A stretch of DNA of 64,000 nt from an uncultured archaeon (GTDB taxonomy: Archaea > Aenigmatarchaeota > Aenigmatarchaeia > GW2011-AR5), in NCBI GenBank assembly GCA_964373255.1, contig CAYJTG010000005.1, positions 10,638-74,637 of the forward strand. The letters are read 5' to 3'. Shown piece after piece: positions 35,858 to 44,782 of this stretch. A model generated the notes under the pieces. That model was given only the letters and a program-made list of their open reading frames with translations. It was not told the origin of the DNA and made no database searches. Position 1 is the stretch's first letter. Every line of letters begins with the position of its first letter. The translations under genes were made by a program, and so were the position numbers.

Positions 35858-36697
35858 TCACTCGAACGTATTTTTTACGGCACTGTAGATGACAGACGAT
35901 CCTATACCAAAATATGCGAGCGATTTCAGAAAGTAGTCGATATTTCCAGGGCTTTTCTTGACAAGGCCAAGCATGTTCCTGCTCAATACCCTTTTCGGCA
36001 GCGAATAGTGCTTGTTTATGTATTCCATCACGAAAGGATAGGACATCTGCAGCCTTGTTACCGACCATCTCATGAGAACATTCGCTGGTATATATTTTGT
36101 GCGGATTTCCACGTTTCCTTTTTTTATGGCCGAAAGTATTTCGTCCTCGGTGTCTGCGTCTATTTCATTTATGCCGTGCCCAAGCATCTCTATGCAGTGG
36201 GCGTCGCTGCCCGCAACCTGGGGCTTTTTGTGCAGCAGTGCGAATTTCTTCGCCCTTCTGTTTGTTAGCCTTTCCATGTTTATGGCGTTGAAAACTTCTA
36301 CGGCGTCTGTTAACCTGGCAAGTTCTCTTATGCCGTCATTTTTTATGTCAAAGGGGTGGTCACCTATGGCTATGCCTCCAAGGCCGTGGACTTTGTCTAT
36401 CGATTCTTCAACAGACATGCCTGGCTGGACGTGTTCATCGATACCTATTGCAAGCATGTGGCCACTGTAGGTTGTTACCTCTTCGCCCGGTATAACTACT
36501 ATACCATATTTTTTAGCGTATTTTTTCGCTTCCAGTGCACCCTTTATATTATCGTGGTCGGTTATTGCTATAGCACCCAGTCCTATCTTCTTCGCATGCC
36601 TGACCATCTCTTCCGGTGTGTGAAGCCCTTCTACAGGCACTTTCGTACCCTTAGAATAGTTTGTATGCGTATGAAGTTCAACAAGCATAGAAATCAA
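35858..36697 (-). CDS. PHP-domain phosphoesterase
   Basis: LHTHTNYS...GAIAITDHD...HPFD metal-binding motifs of the PHP family. 279 aa. Confidence 0.7.
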   Translation of the reverse strand: MISMLVELHTHTNYSKGTKVPVEGLHTPEEMVRHAKKIGLGAIAITDHDNIKGALEAKKYAKKYGIVVIPGEEVTTYSGHMLAIGIDEHVQPGMSVEESIDKVHGLGGIAIGDHPFDIKNDGIRELARLTDAVEVFNAINMERLTNRRAKKFALLHKKPQVAGSDAHCIEMLGHGINEIDADTEDEILSAIKKGNVEIRTKYIPANVLMRWSVTRLQMSYPFVMEYINKHYSLPKRVLSRNMLGLVKKSPGNIDYFLKSLAYFGIGSSVIYSAVKNTFE

Positions 36698-36747
36698 TGT
36701 TTCTTAGGTTTGATAAATATATATACAGCCTAATAGACAAAGAGCCG

Positions 36748-37548
36748 CTATTTTGTGTGTATCTCTACTATATCTCTGTCCATCAGCTTATAATCCAGCC
36801 CAGCCTGTATAATCCTGCCGCCTCTGAATATGCGCGCGAAGCGAAAATTTTTCACAAAATCCTTGTGTATGCGTTGCGCGAAGTCTTTTACCAGCGAATT
36901 AATCGGCAGCGCCATCGGGGTATTTATTCTCCCCTTTTTTGTGTAGACAATTATCAATCCAAGGTTGTGCCATATCTTCTCTCTTATCAGTTCTGCCGGT
37001 TCTTCAAACGGATTGGCGAACGTATATTTCGTGCGTATGAAACTATCCGAGAGGAATTTCTTTAAGTCGTCTTCCTCCTTTTCGTGCCTCGCAATTAAGA
37101 CAATCAGGTCCGACGTTCTTGCGACGCTCACGAACTGCGACTCAAACGTTGACGGAATTTCTATCAGTTGTATCTTGACGCCATTATAATCCATCATGCC
37201 AACTTCTGGTTTTGTTGTTGTATACGGGTGATAGGCGATATCAGGGTTCGCGTCTGTGAGCTTGCTGAGAATGTAGCTTTTTCCAGAATTTGTAAACCCT
37301 ATAAAGCAGACCTGCGCTTCCCCTTCCTTTTGCAGCGCAAAGGTTCGGCCGCCCTTTTTTCTACCCGCAGATTCTTTCTTCAGCTTAGACAATCGTGATT
37401 TCAGTTGCGCGAGCATGTTCTCGCTGCCGTGGTGCCTCGGCATCAGGCGAATCATCTCTTCCAATGCCACTATTTTATCTTCTTTTGTCTTTGCCGATCT
37501 GAACTTTTCCTCGGCCCTGAAGTACTCGGGCGGCGCGTTGACAGGCAT
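36748..37548 (-). CDS. DRG/Obg-family GTPase (short form) with C-terminal TGS-like segment
   Basis: N-terminal KNKATEHHLG-like helix (HHGSENMLAQLKSRLSKLKKE), G1 GFTNSGKS, C-terminal RDIVEI. 266 aa, shorter than typical DRG. Confidence 0.5.
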   Translation of the reverse strand: MPVNAPPEYFRAEEKFRSAKTKEDKIVALEEMIRLMPRHHGSENMLAQLKSRLSKLKKESAGRKKGGRTFALQKEGEAQVCFIGFTNSGKSYILSKLTDANPDIAYHPYTTTKPEVGMMDYNGVKIQLIEIPSTFESQFVSVARTSDLIVLIARHEKEEDDLKKFLSDSFIRTKYTFANPFEEPAELIREKIWHNLGLIIVYTKKGRINTPMALPINSLVKDFAQRIHKDFVKNFRFARIFRGGRIIQAGLDYKLMDRDIVEIHTK

Positions 37549-37767
37549 AATTAAAGATACACGAAAAAGAATTAAAGATGCTAGTTTTTCCAGTATCTTA
37601 TTACATTAAACTTATTGTATCTGTTTAGCTCCTAAGGTAACTCACTAGTGTATCAAAGACATTTAATCCTTGCAGACTCCACGTGGCAAAACAGCTCATT
37701 ACGACTTCGTGGACCTTGGCTCCTTCCAAGCTTCTCAGACCTCCCATGGTTTTCCTTTCTGCCTTAA

Positions 37768-38088
37768 TTATTGTTTCTGCCTTAATTGCAATTCTTTGAT
37801 AATTTTGCCTTGAATTTCTGGATCACGCAATTCGTCAAGTTCAATTTCGTAGACTGGTTGATACCTCCTGCCATCTGTACCAATAATCTTGAATTTTGGA
37901 CCCCAAATTCTCGTATGCCAATATTCTAAAATTGATTTTGGTGTATCTGAACTATCTAAATAAACCTCGTAAGGTTCAAATCCTAGTTTTCTAACTACCG
38001 TATCGATTCTATATAATGGTGTGTTAGCTTGTGTTTTGTATTTTGTCATATTGGGTTGTATTTCGTATTCCATAATTTTTCCCCCCAT
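37768..38088 (-). CDS. Hypothetical protein (AT-rich islet)
   Basis: 106 aa; ~33% GC coding sequence; no motif. Confidence 0.3.
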   Translation of the reverse strand: MGGKIMEYEIQPNMTKYKTQANTPLYRIDTVVRKLGFEPYEVYLDSSDTPKSILEYWHTRIWGPKFKIIGTDGRRYQPVYEIELDELRDPEIQGKIIKELQLRQKQ

Positions 38089-38117
38089 ACAGTTCCAATC
38101 TGGAAATTTTGCACTCT

Positions 38118-38555
38118 CTAACTGTATGATGCAATACCCCTCGAGCGTATATTATATAAAAGAGGAAATGTTCTCCTCTGGTAAATAAATGTGTAACCGT
38201 TAGCTTGTATTAAATCGAGATACCCATCTATCGCTGCACTTATTGCCCTCCTTATTGTATTGCCATTGTTTAATTTTGGTGTAAATGTCTTTATTTGTTC
38301 TTCAATCGAAATTGACTCAAACTCGCTTTTTCGGATGTATTCTTCACTTCTAGGATCTTCTAATCCAGGCCATAGATGTAACTTAGGAAGACCTTTAAAT
38401 TGAGGTGTTACATGTTTTTTCCATTCAAGGTATATTTTTCCAATACCCGGAACTCTTTTTTCCATTCCGTCAATGAACTTCTCATATTCCTTGCTGTTAA
38501 ATCCGGGGCTAAAAATATACCCGCACAGAGCGCCATAATTCCATCTTTCTATCAT
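38118..38555 (-). CDS. Hypothetical protein (AT-rich islet)
   Basis: 145 aa; 4-nt overlap with the upstream gene (operon-like); no motif. Confidence 0.3.
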   Translation of the reverse strand: MIERWNYGALCGYIFSPGFNSKEYEKFIDGMEKRVPGIGKIYLEWKKHVTPQFKGLPKLHLWPGLEDPRSEEYIRKSEFESISIEEQIKTFTPKLNNGNTIRRAISAAIDGYLDLIQANGYTFIYQRRTFPLLYNIRSRGIASYS

Positions 38556-39067
38556 TTTTGGTCGACTCCGTTTGATTTTTTTGTTTTTATGGTGGAGAAT
38601 TCAGCATCATATGTTTTGTCATCACAAACTATTCGAGCAACCGTATCATATGTTATTGTATTGCCTGTTATCCATCTATCTATAAAAATATAATTAATTC
38701 GGCCATCAATGAATTTTTTCCCTCGACTATTATCCACGTTAACCCAGATTGCGGATCTATTGTCTATTCCTCTGGCTTTTATCTCTGGACTAAGAACCTC
38801 GTATATTTGAGAATTCCACCCTTTAACTTGTAGTCTAGTCGTGGGGTCCAACCTATAATCTGATACAAGTTTACCCTCTAAAGTATCGCCATTTGAAGAT
38901 ATGAATCTTGTAATTGGAATATTCTGCTCTATTGTTTGCTGTTTGCTTTTTTCTTTATTTTCACTATCACCCGTATATTGTTTAATTAAGTATCCTCCCA
39001 CTAGTAATGCAAGTGAAAGTGCAGTCATATAAGGTAATTTTTTAATTCCTTTCATTTTAACACCCAT
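38552..39067 (-). CDS. Secreted hypothetical protein (signal peptide) (AT-rich islet)
   Basis: N-terminal KKLPYMTALSLALLVGGYLIKQ signal-like segment. 171 aa. Confidence 0.3.
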   Translation of the reverse strand: MGVKMKGIKKLPYMTALSLALLVGGYLIKQYTGDSENKEKSKQQTIEQNIPITRFISSNGDTLEGKLVSDYRLDPTTRLQVKGWNSQIYEVLSPEIKARGIDNRSAIWVNVDNSRGKKFIDGRINYIFIDRWITGNTITYDTVARIVCDDKTYDAEFSTIKTKKSNGVDQK

Positions 39068-39120
39068 ATTAAAGTTAACTACTAAACAGATACAAGTAAC
39101 CTAGTCTTTAAATATATTAT

Positions 39121-39912
39121 GTGGTTGCTATAGATACCACATATTTAAGGCTTACGAACCAGATAATTTTCATGAAGACAGAAAACGAGGAAATTTTGCA
39201 GATGCTGGATTTAACAGAGATCGAGAGTAAGACTTATCTGACATTGCTAGATATAGGAACGTCTAAAGCAGGTACTATAAGCAATCGCGCGCATATTCAT
39301 AGAAGAAATACTTATGACGCTCTGGAAAATTTATTACAGAAGGGGCTTGTCACGTCATTTGTTTCTAACAATCAAAAATTTTGGGCTGCTGTAAACCCAA
39401 AGAAATTATACCTCTTATTAAAAGAAAAAGAATACGCCATATCGAAAATAATGCCAGAGTTAATTTCTAACTTCAATTCCAATAAAGGCAAACAAATTGT
39501 AGAAGTATTTGAAGGTCTTGGGGGTATGAAAACATTTTTTGATGACATGGCTAACTCAAAGAAGGATGTGTACATGCTTTTTGCTACGGGGAGAGCTTAT
39601 TTGAGAATGAAATTGTACATGGAAAGCTGGGATAAAAGAATAAACAATTCAGGAATTAAAGTTAGAGTTCTTTTAAATTCGGATGCAATCAAAGAACCTT
39701 ATCAAAATTATAAATATGGTGAAATTAAAATTTTGCAGAATACATTTTCACCTACGCAGATATTCATTTATGGCAATAAAACAGCTATTGCCATATGGTC
39801 GGATGAACCGATAGCTGCCTTAATTACAAGCAATGAAATTACTAAAGGATTTAAAAAATATTTCGGTTTTCTTTGGAAATTTGGCAAAAGAGTTCATTAT
39901 AATAAAATCTAA
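39121..39912 (+). CDS. TrmB-family transcriptional regulator (wHTH + C-terminal TrmB domain)
   Basis: N-terminal LTEIESKTYLTLLDIGTSKAGTISNRAHIHRRNTYDALENLLQKGLV is TrmB-type wHTH. Paralogue of 57093-57911. Confidence 0.6.
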   Translation: MVAIDTTYLRLTNQIIFMKTENEEILQMLDLTEIESKTYLTLLDIGTSKAGTISNRAHIHRRNTYDALENLLQKGLVTSFVSNNQKFWAAVNPKKLYLLLKEKEYAISKIMPELISNFNSNKGKQIVEVFEGLGGMKTFFDDMANSKKDVYMLFATGRAYLRMKLYMESWDKRINNSGIKVRVLLNSDAIKEPYQNYKYGEIKILQNTFSPTQIFIYGNKTAIAIWSDEPIAALITSNEITKGFKKYFGFLWKFGKRVHYNKI

Positions 39913-40097
39913 GGAGATACAGGCATAGTCATGCAAGGAAATAATCAGTATATAATTATACCCTTGCTGACTATATGTGAAACCAGTCATAGCATGTCCA
40001 GATTATTTACTGGTTTCACTATAAACCGCATTACAAACATCTTTATACAACATAGTTCTAACTTCTAACAGAAAACGATAAAAAATTATGAAAATGA

Positions 40098-40721
40098 CTA
40101 TCCGGCTTTAATTACTATCAGTTCTTCCCAGGGTATCTTTTTTCTTTTTATCGCGTCTGCTTTCATACCAACTTCTGAAAATAAGTCGATAACTTCTTTC
40201 TCTCCTGTCAGTGAAGAAATAATTATCAGCACGTTTCCGTTTTTTTTGAGGTAATCCTTGGCCTGTGAAACAAACAGTTCAATTATTTCCCTACCGGATG
40301 ACCCACCGCTGTAAATTATGTCGTTTGGATCGTCCCCTATCGGCAGGTACGGCGGATTGAAAACGATGAGGTCAAACGTGCCCCTCACGTTTTCAAACAT
40401 ATCAGAAACAAATGCCTTTACCACAACATTGTTCTTTGCTGCATTTTGATTTGTCGCTTCCACAGCAGCTGGATTTATGTCCACGGCAGAAACCAGAGCG
40501 CCTGATTTTGCCATAATTATGGACAGCAAGCCGGAGCCGCATCCGACTTCAAGAGCGTTTCTGTTTTTTAGGGCTATATTTTCCAGTGCTTCTGCCAATA
40601 ATTCTGAATCTTCCCTTGGATAGTAGACGTTGTCTGGCACGTCTAATTCCATGTCTTTGTAGAAGAATTTCATGGAATAACTAACAAAGAGAAAGATTAA
40701 AAATGAAGAAACAATCATCAT
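40098..40721 (-). CDS. HemK/PrmC-family protein-(glutamine-N5) methyltransferase (Mtq2-like)
   Basis: SAM motif LEVGCGSGLLS; catalytic NPPY (VFNPPYLP). Probable true start at the internal Met (40673). Confidence 0.75.
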   Translation of the reverse strand: MMIVSSFLIFLFVSYSMKFFYKDMELDVPDNVYYPREDSELLAEALENIALKNRNALEVGCGSGLLSIIMAKSGALVSAVDINPAAVEATNQNAAKNNVVVKAFVSDMFENVRGTFDLIVFNPPYLPIGDDPNDIIYSGGSSGREIIELFVSQAKDYLKKNGNVLIIISSLTGEKEVIDLFSEVGMKADAIKRKKIPWEELIVIKAG

Positions 40722-40788
40722 AAAGAAATATTACAGAGAACAGCTTCAATAATAAAGGTATTTGAAGTTGTTTAACTATAATTAATCA

Positions 40789-42447
40789 ATGGTTGATTCT
40801 GTTGACAATATTGTGCGAAAATACACCCTCGTAAATGCCACCGAGCACGAGGGCAACGCGCAGCCGAAAAGCGTTCTTGGGAAGATCCTCGGAGAATACC
40901 CAGAGCTCAGGACGCAGATATTTGAGCTCAGGACAAAGATAGAGAATGCGGTCCATGAAATTAACAAGCTCGGTCTTGTGCGGCAAAAGAAGGAGCTGGA
41001 GGAATTAGGCGGCTACGCGCCTCAGGCAAGGATAGAAAAGAAGGGGCTTCCTGAATTGGAGCGCGGTCGTGAGAAGTTTGTTGTCAGGTTCGCACCAAAC
41101 CCAGACGGCGCATTGCATATAGGCAACGCACGGCCCGCTATTCTGTCCGATGAGTATGCAAAAAAATACCACGGAAAATTCATCCTGCGCTTTGACGATA
41201 CAGACCCAAAGGTAAAGACAGCTGAAAAAAAATTCTACAAATGGATACGGGAAGACCTCAAGTGGCTGAAGATTCGCGTTAACCAGGAGATAATTGCATC
41301 AAAGCGCCTGAAGTTATATTATAGCATAGCCCAAAAGCTTATTCAGGTCAAAGGCGCGTACGTCTGCACGTGCAATCCTGATAGCTGGAAAAAAATGAGA
41401 GACCACGAAAGGGCGTGCCAGTGCAGAAACCTCGACTTCAAAATTCAAATGAAGCGCTGGAAAGCAATGTTAAAGCATAAATACAAGGAAGGCCAGGCCG
41501 TGCTTCGCGTCAAGACGGACATGGATGCAAAGAACCCCGCCGTAAGAGACTGGCCCGCTTTCCGCATTGTCGACAAACCAGACCATCCGCTGCAGAAAAA
41601 AGCAAAGCTCTGGCCGCTCTATAATTTTGCATCAGCCGTTGACGACCACCTGACAGGCGTTACGCATATATTTCGCGGGCAAGAACATTCAACAAATGAA
41701 GTGAAACAGCGGTACTTCTACCAGCATATGAAGTGGAATTATCCCGTTGTCGTGACACTGGGAAGATTCTCGCTGTCGGGCATGGTATTGAGCAAGAGCC
41801 AAATAAAAGAGGGCATCGAAAAACACAGATTCAGGGACTGGGATGACGTAAGGGTTGGAACTCTGCGAGCTTTGCGCCGCCGTGGGTTTCAGTCAGAATC
41901 TATCAGGCAGATTATTGTTGATATAGGGCCGAAGCCGTCGGACATCACGATTTCTTTTGAAAATCTTTCAGCCTATAATCGCAAAATCATTGATAGAAGT
42001 GCCAATCGCTATTTCTTTGTGGCAAACCCGAAGAAGATAGAGATAAAGGGCATGAAGATCAAGAAAGCACGAATACCGCTGCACCCCGATGATAAAAGGC
42101 GCGGATACAGGAGTTTCTACCTTACATCAACATTTTTTATAGATGAAAAGGATTTTGTCGCATACAAGGGCGTTGAAATAAGGTTGAAGGAGCTCTGCAA
42201 CGTTAAGCTTGATGACCGGAGCGAATTCACCGGTGCACAACTCAAGGCAACGCCAAAAATACAGTGGGTGCCCGCAAAGCACTGCATTGTACGTGTAGTA
42301 ATGCCAAACAAGGAGATCAAGGGCTACGGGGAAATAAACCTGCTCAAAACAAGGACCGGTGATATTGTCCAGTTCGAGCGCTTTGGATTCGTGCGCATCG
42401 AGAAGATCCAGGGCAAGAATGTCGTCGCAGTTTTCGGGCACGAGTGA
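40789..42447 (+). CDS. gltX: Glutamyl-tRNA synthetase (archaeal non-discriminating type)
   Basis: HIGH motif ALHIGNARP and KMSKS-like VLSKSQ; archaeal-type C-terminal anticodon-binding domain. 552 aa. Confidence 0.9.
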   Translation: MVDSVDNIVRKYTLVNATEHEGNAQPKSVLGKILGEYPELRTQIFELRTKIENAVHEINKLGLVRQKKELEELGGYAPQARIEKKGLPELERGREKFVVRFAPNPDGALHIGNARPAILSDEYAKKYHGKFILRFDDTDPKVKTAEKKFYKWIREDLKWLKIRVNQEIIASKRLKLYYSIAQKLIQVKGAYVCTCNPDSWKKMRDHERACQCRNLDFKIQMKRWKAMLKHKYKEGQAVLRVKTDMDAKNPAVRDWPAFRIVDKPDHPLQKKAKLWPLYNFASAVDDHLTGVTHIFRGQEHSTNEVKQRYFYQHMKWNYPVVVTLGRFSLSGMVLSKSQIKEGIEKHRFRDWDDVRVGTLRALRRRGFQSESIRQIIVDIGPKPSDITISFENLSAYNRKIIDRSANRYFFVANPKKIEIKGMKIKKARIPLHPDDKRRGYRSFYLTSTFFIDEKDFVAYKGVEIRLKELCNVKLDDRSEFTGAQLKATPKIQWVPAKHCIVRVVMPNKEIKGYGEINLLKTRTGDIVQFERFGFVRIEKIQGKNVVAVFGHE

Positions 42448-42448
42448 A

Positions 42449-42616
42449 ACTACATTAAGGGAAAAGAACAGATAGAAGTTGCTTCGCAACTTCAGTTTGT
42501 CTTTCCCTTAAAATGCTCAAAGAACCGAAGGTTCTTTGACATCTGCAAAGAAGCATAGCTTCTTTGAGATTCCGAAAAGCTTTGCTTTCTGAGCATCTAG
42601 ACTTAATCCTTTCCTG
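42449..42616 (+). repeat. Family-H hairpin-string element, copy H1, abutting the gltX stop codon
   Basis: ctacattaagggaaa[...gaagttgc-ttcg-gcaacttc...]tttccctta / aaagaaccgaaggttcttt / ...tctagacttaatcctttcctg. Confidence 0.6.
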
Positions 42617-42794
42617 AATATTTTCTCATAAACTTCCCTATAATCAGCAGATCTTCACCTTTTGCAAAATGGCTTTTCAGTTTTCCTTCTTTGAAATCTC
42701 CATATTCCTTGAAAAACGGAAAATATTGTAGAAATAGAATAGTAATTACAAATAGTACAAAATATTCTTATACTACCTAAAACCAGTATTAATC

Positions 42795-43667
42795 ATGTCG
42801 GTCGAACTAGGCATTCTCTTCGCATTAGCAGCCCTGATTTTCTGGGGTTTCGGCGATTTTCTTATTCAGAGATCAACAAGAAAATTCGGAGACTGGGAAA
42901 CATTATTTATTATTACAACATTTGGTGCAGTCATCCTAACGCCGTTTGTTTACAACGACCCGCAATTTGCACTTTTGTTCGACGACAAAACATTTCTTAT
43001 GTTCATAGGTATATCTGTAGTTCTCCTGATCGCAGCCATTCTGGATTTCGAAGCACTCAAAAAAGGCAAGATCGCGGTTGTCGAACCTATTTATGCCCTT
43101 GAGGTCCCGATATCCGCTATTTTAGCACTTATGATAATTAACGAGTCGATAGAATTTCTGCAGATAATTGTCCTATCGATACTTGTAATAGGCTTGATCA
43201 TGATTTCGCTGAAGTCCCATCATTTTTCAAGGAGGGCATGGGTCGAGAAAGGTGTTGTTCTTGCGGTCATCGCCACAATTTTTATGGGTTCTGTTAATTT
43301 CCTTATAGGGTTTGCGTCAAGGATCACAAATCCGCTTTTGGCCAACTGGTTTGTTGACGTGTTTCTGGCGGTAATCAGCCTGTTTTACATCATGTCGAAT
43401 AAAAGATTCTCTAAACTGTTGAGCGATTTCAAAGGCAACAAACAACTCATCCTGGCTGTAAGTACTTTTGACAATCTCGCCTGGATTGCCTTCGCAATTG
43501 CGACGACCTTTATACCGATTGTAATTGCACTCGGATTTTCAGAAAGTTATATAGCGCTTGCTGCCCTTCTCGGCTTCTTAATAAACAAGGAGAGGCTTAT
43601 GAAGCATCAAAAAATCGGCCTTGTTATCGTACTATTAAGTGCTTCTGCCCTCGCACTTATAATATGA
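42795..43667 (+). CDS. EamA/DMT-superfamily transporter (10 TM)
   Basis: Two EamA-like halves of 5 hydrophobic helices each. 290 aa. Confidence 0.6.
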   Translation: MSVELGILFALAALIFWGFGDFLIQRSTRKFGDWETLFIITTFGAVILTPFVYNDPQFALLFDDKTFLMFIGISVVLLIAAILDFEALKKGKIAVVEPIYALEVPISAILALMIINESIEFLQIIVLSILVIGLIMISLKSHHFSRRAWVEKGVVLAVIATIFMGSVNFLIGFASRITNPLLANWFVDVFLAVISLFYIMSNKRFSKLLSDFKGNKQLILAVSTFDNLAWIAFAIATTFIPIVIALGFSESYIALAALLGFLINKERLMKHQKIGLVIVLLSASALALII

Positions 43668-43727
43668 TCCAAATAAATAATCAGGATACTAAATTTGGAT
43701 CACAGTAGTTCATTAATAATGACAATC

Positions 43728-44108
43728 ATGAAAAAAATCGTCCTCACAGGCGGAAAGTTCAACAGGATCCATCCCGGCCATACCTGGCTGCTGAAAAAAG
43801 CGAAGAAACTTGGATACCTTGTAGTCGTTATTGCAAATGATACCCATAATAAAAGGCGTTATGCCGTTTCTGCTGCAGTAAGGAAGAGAAATTTGCAGAA
43901 GTTAAAAATCGCGGACAAGGTTGTTATAGGTGATCCTAAAAGATTCTCAAAAGTTGTCAATCAATTTCATCCTGATGTTATTGTCCTCGGATACGACCAG
44001 AAGCTGCCTGACAAGGAAACGAAAGAGACCGTGAGGAAGATGAAGATAAAAATTATTAAGTTCAGGAAATACGGGAATTATAAAACGAGAAAACTAGCAT
44101 TAAGCTAA
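43728..44108 (+). CDS. FAD synthase RibL-like cytidylyltransferase-fold nucleotidyltransferase
   Basis: VLTGGKFNRIHPGH ((T/H)xGH motif) and IVLGYDQ block resemble archaeal RibL. Start moved to the internal ATG at 43728. Confidence 0.55.
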   Translation: MKKIVLTGGKFNRIHPGHTWLLKKAKKLGYLVVVIANDTHNKRRYAVSAAVRKRNLQKLKIADKVVIGDPKRFSKVVNQFHPDVIVLGYDQKLPDKETKETVRKMKIKIIKFRKYGNYKTRKLALS

Positions 44109-44121
44109 TTTTAATTCATTT

Positions 44122-44718
44122 TCATAATTCATTTATCTTCTTCTCAGAAATAGGGCCTTTCCTCAGGATTTTTTTATCTAAGACGTCGTAAACAGTCGAT
44201 GGCTTTCGTTTTGCTAAATTGCCCCCGTCTATTATCAGATCGATTTTGTGGCTGAATATCCTTATAACATCCTTTATTTTATACAAATCGCCTTCGCCTG
44301 ATATGTTTGCAGACGTCGTTGTTATCGGCTTGCCGAATTTTCTTATTAATGACAGAACAAATTTATGATCCGGGATCCTGAAGCCTATTTTCTTAGTAGG
44401 TTTGGCCTTGCTTTCTACTATCAGCGTAAGCGGTCCTGGCAAGAACGCTTTTGCAAGTTTTTCAGCGTCTTTTGTTATTACAAGATATTTCTTTGCCATT
44501 TTCAAGTCAGAAAAGGCGACCGATATCTTTTTTGACTTGCTTCTCTTCTTTATTGCTATGATTTTTTTTACCGCCCTGTCATTTGTGGCATCTGCGCCTA
44601 GGCCGTAGCTGGTTTCTGTCGGATAAACAATAATACTGCCACTAGTAAGAGCAGATATTGCGCGTTCGATGGCTTTTTTGTTTGTCACTTTTATTATTTC
44701 TGTCATCTTTAACACCAT
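44122..44718 (-). CDS. Sua5/YrdC/TsaC L-threonylcarbamoyladenylate synthase (YrdC domain only)
   Basis: IIVYPTETSYGLGADATN...RIFSHKIDLIIDGG; full YrdC-domain conservation. 198 aa. Confidence 0.8.
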   Translation of the reverse strand: MVLKMTEIIKVTNKKAIERAISALTSGSIIVYPTETSYGLGADATNDRAVKKIIAIKKRSKSKKISVAFSDLKMAKKYLVITKDAEKLAKAFLPGPLTLIVESKAKPTKKIGFRIPDHKFVLSLIRKFGKPITTTSANISGEGDLYKIKDVIRIFSHKIDLIIDGGNLAKRKPSTVYDVLDKKILRKGPISEKKINEL

Positions 44719-44782
44719 AGTATGATCATTTATGATAATTAGTTATGTGTTGAAGAGAAATGCATGCGATTACAAGCGCATT

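Noticed and set aside
36008-36733. Several plus-strand ORFs (86-132 aa) overlapping the PHP-domain gene
   Set aside because: Antisense to a gene with clear PHP metal-binding motifs and no motifs of their own.
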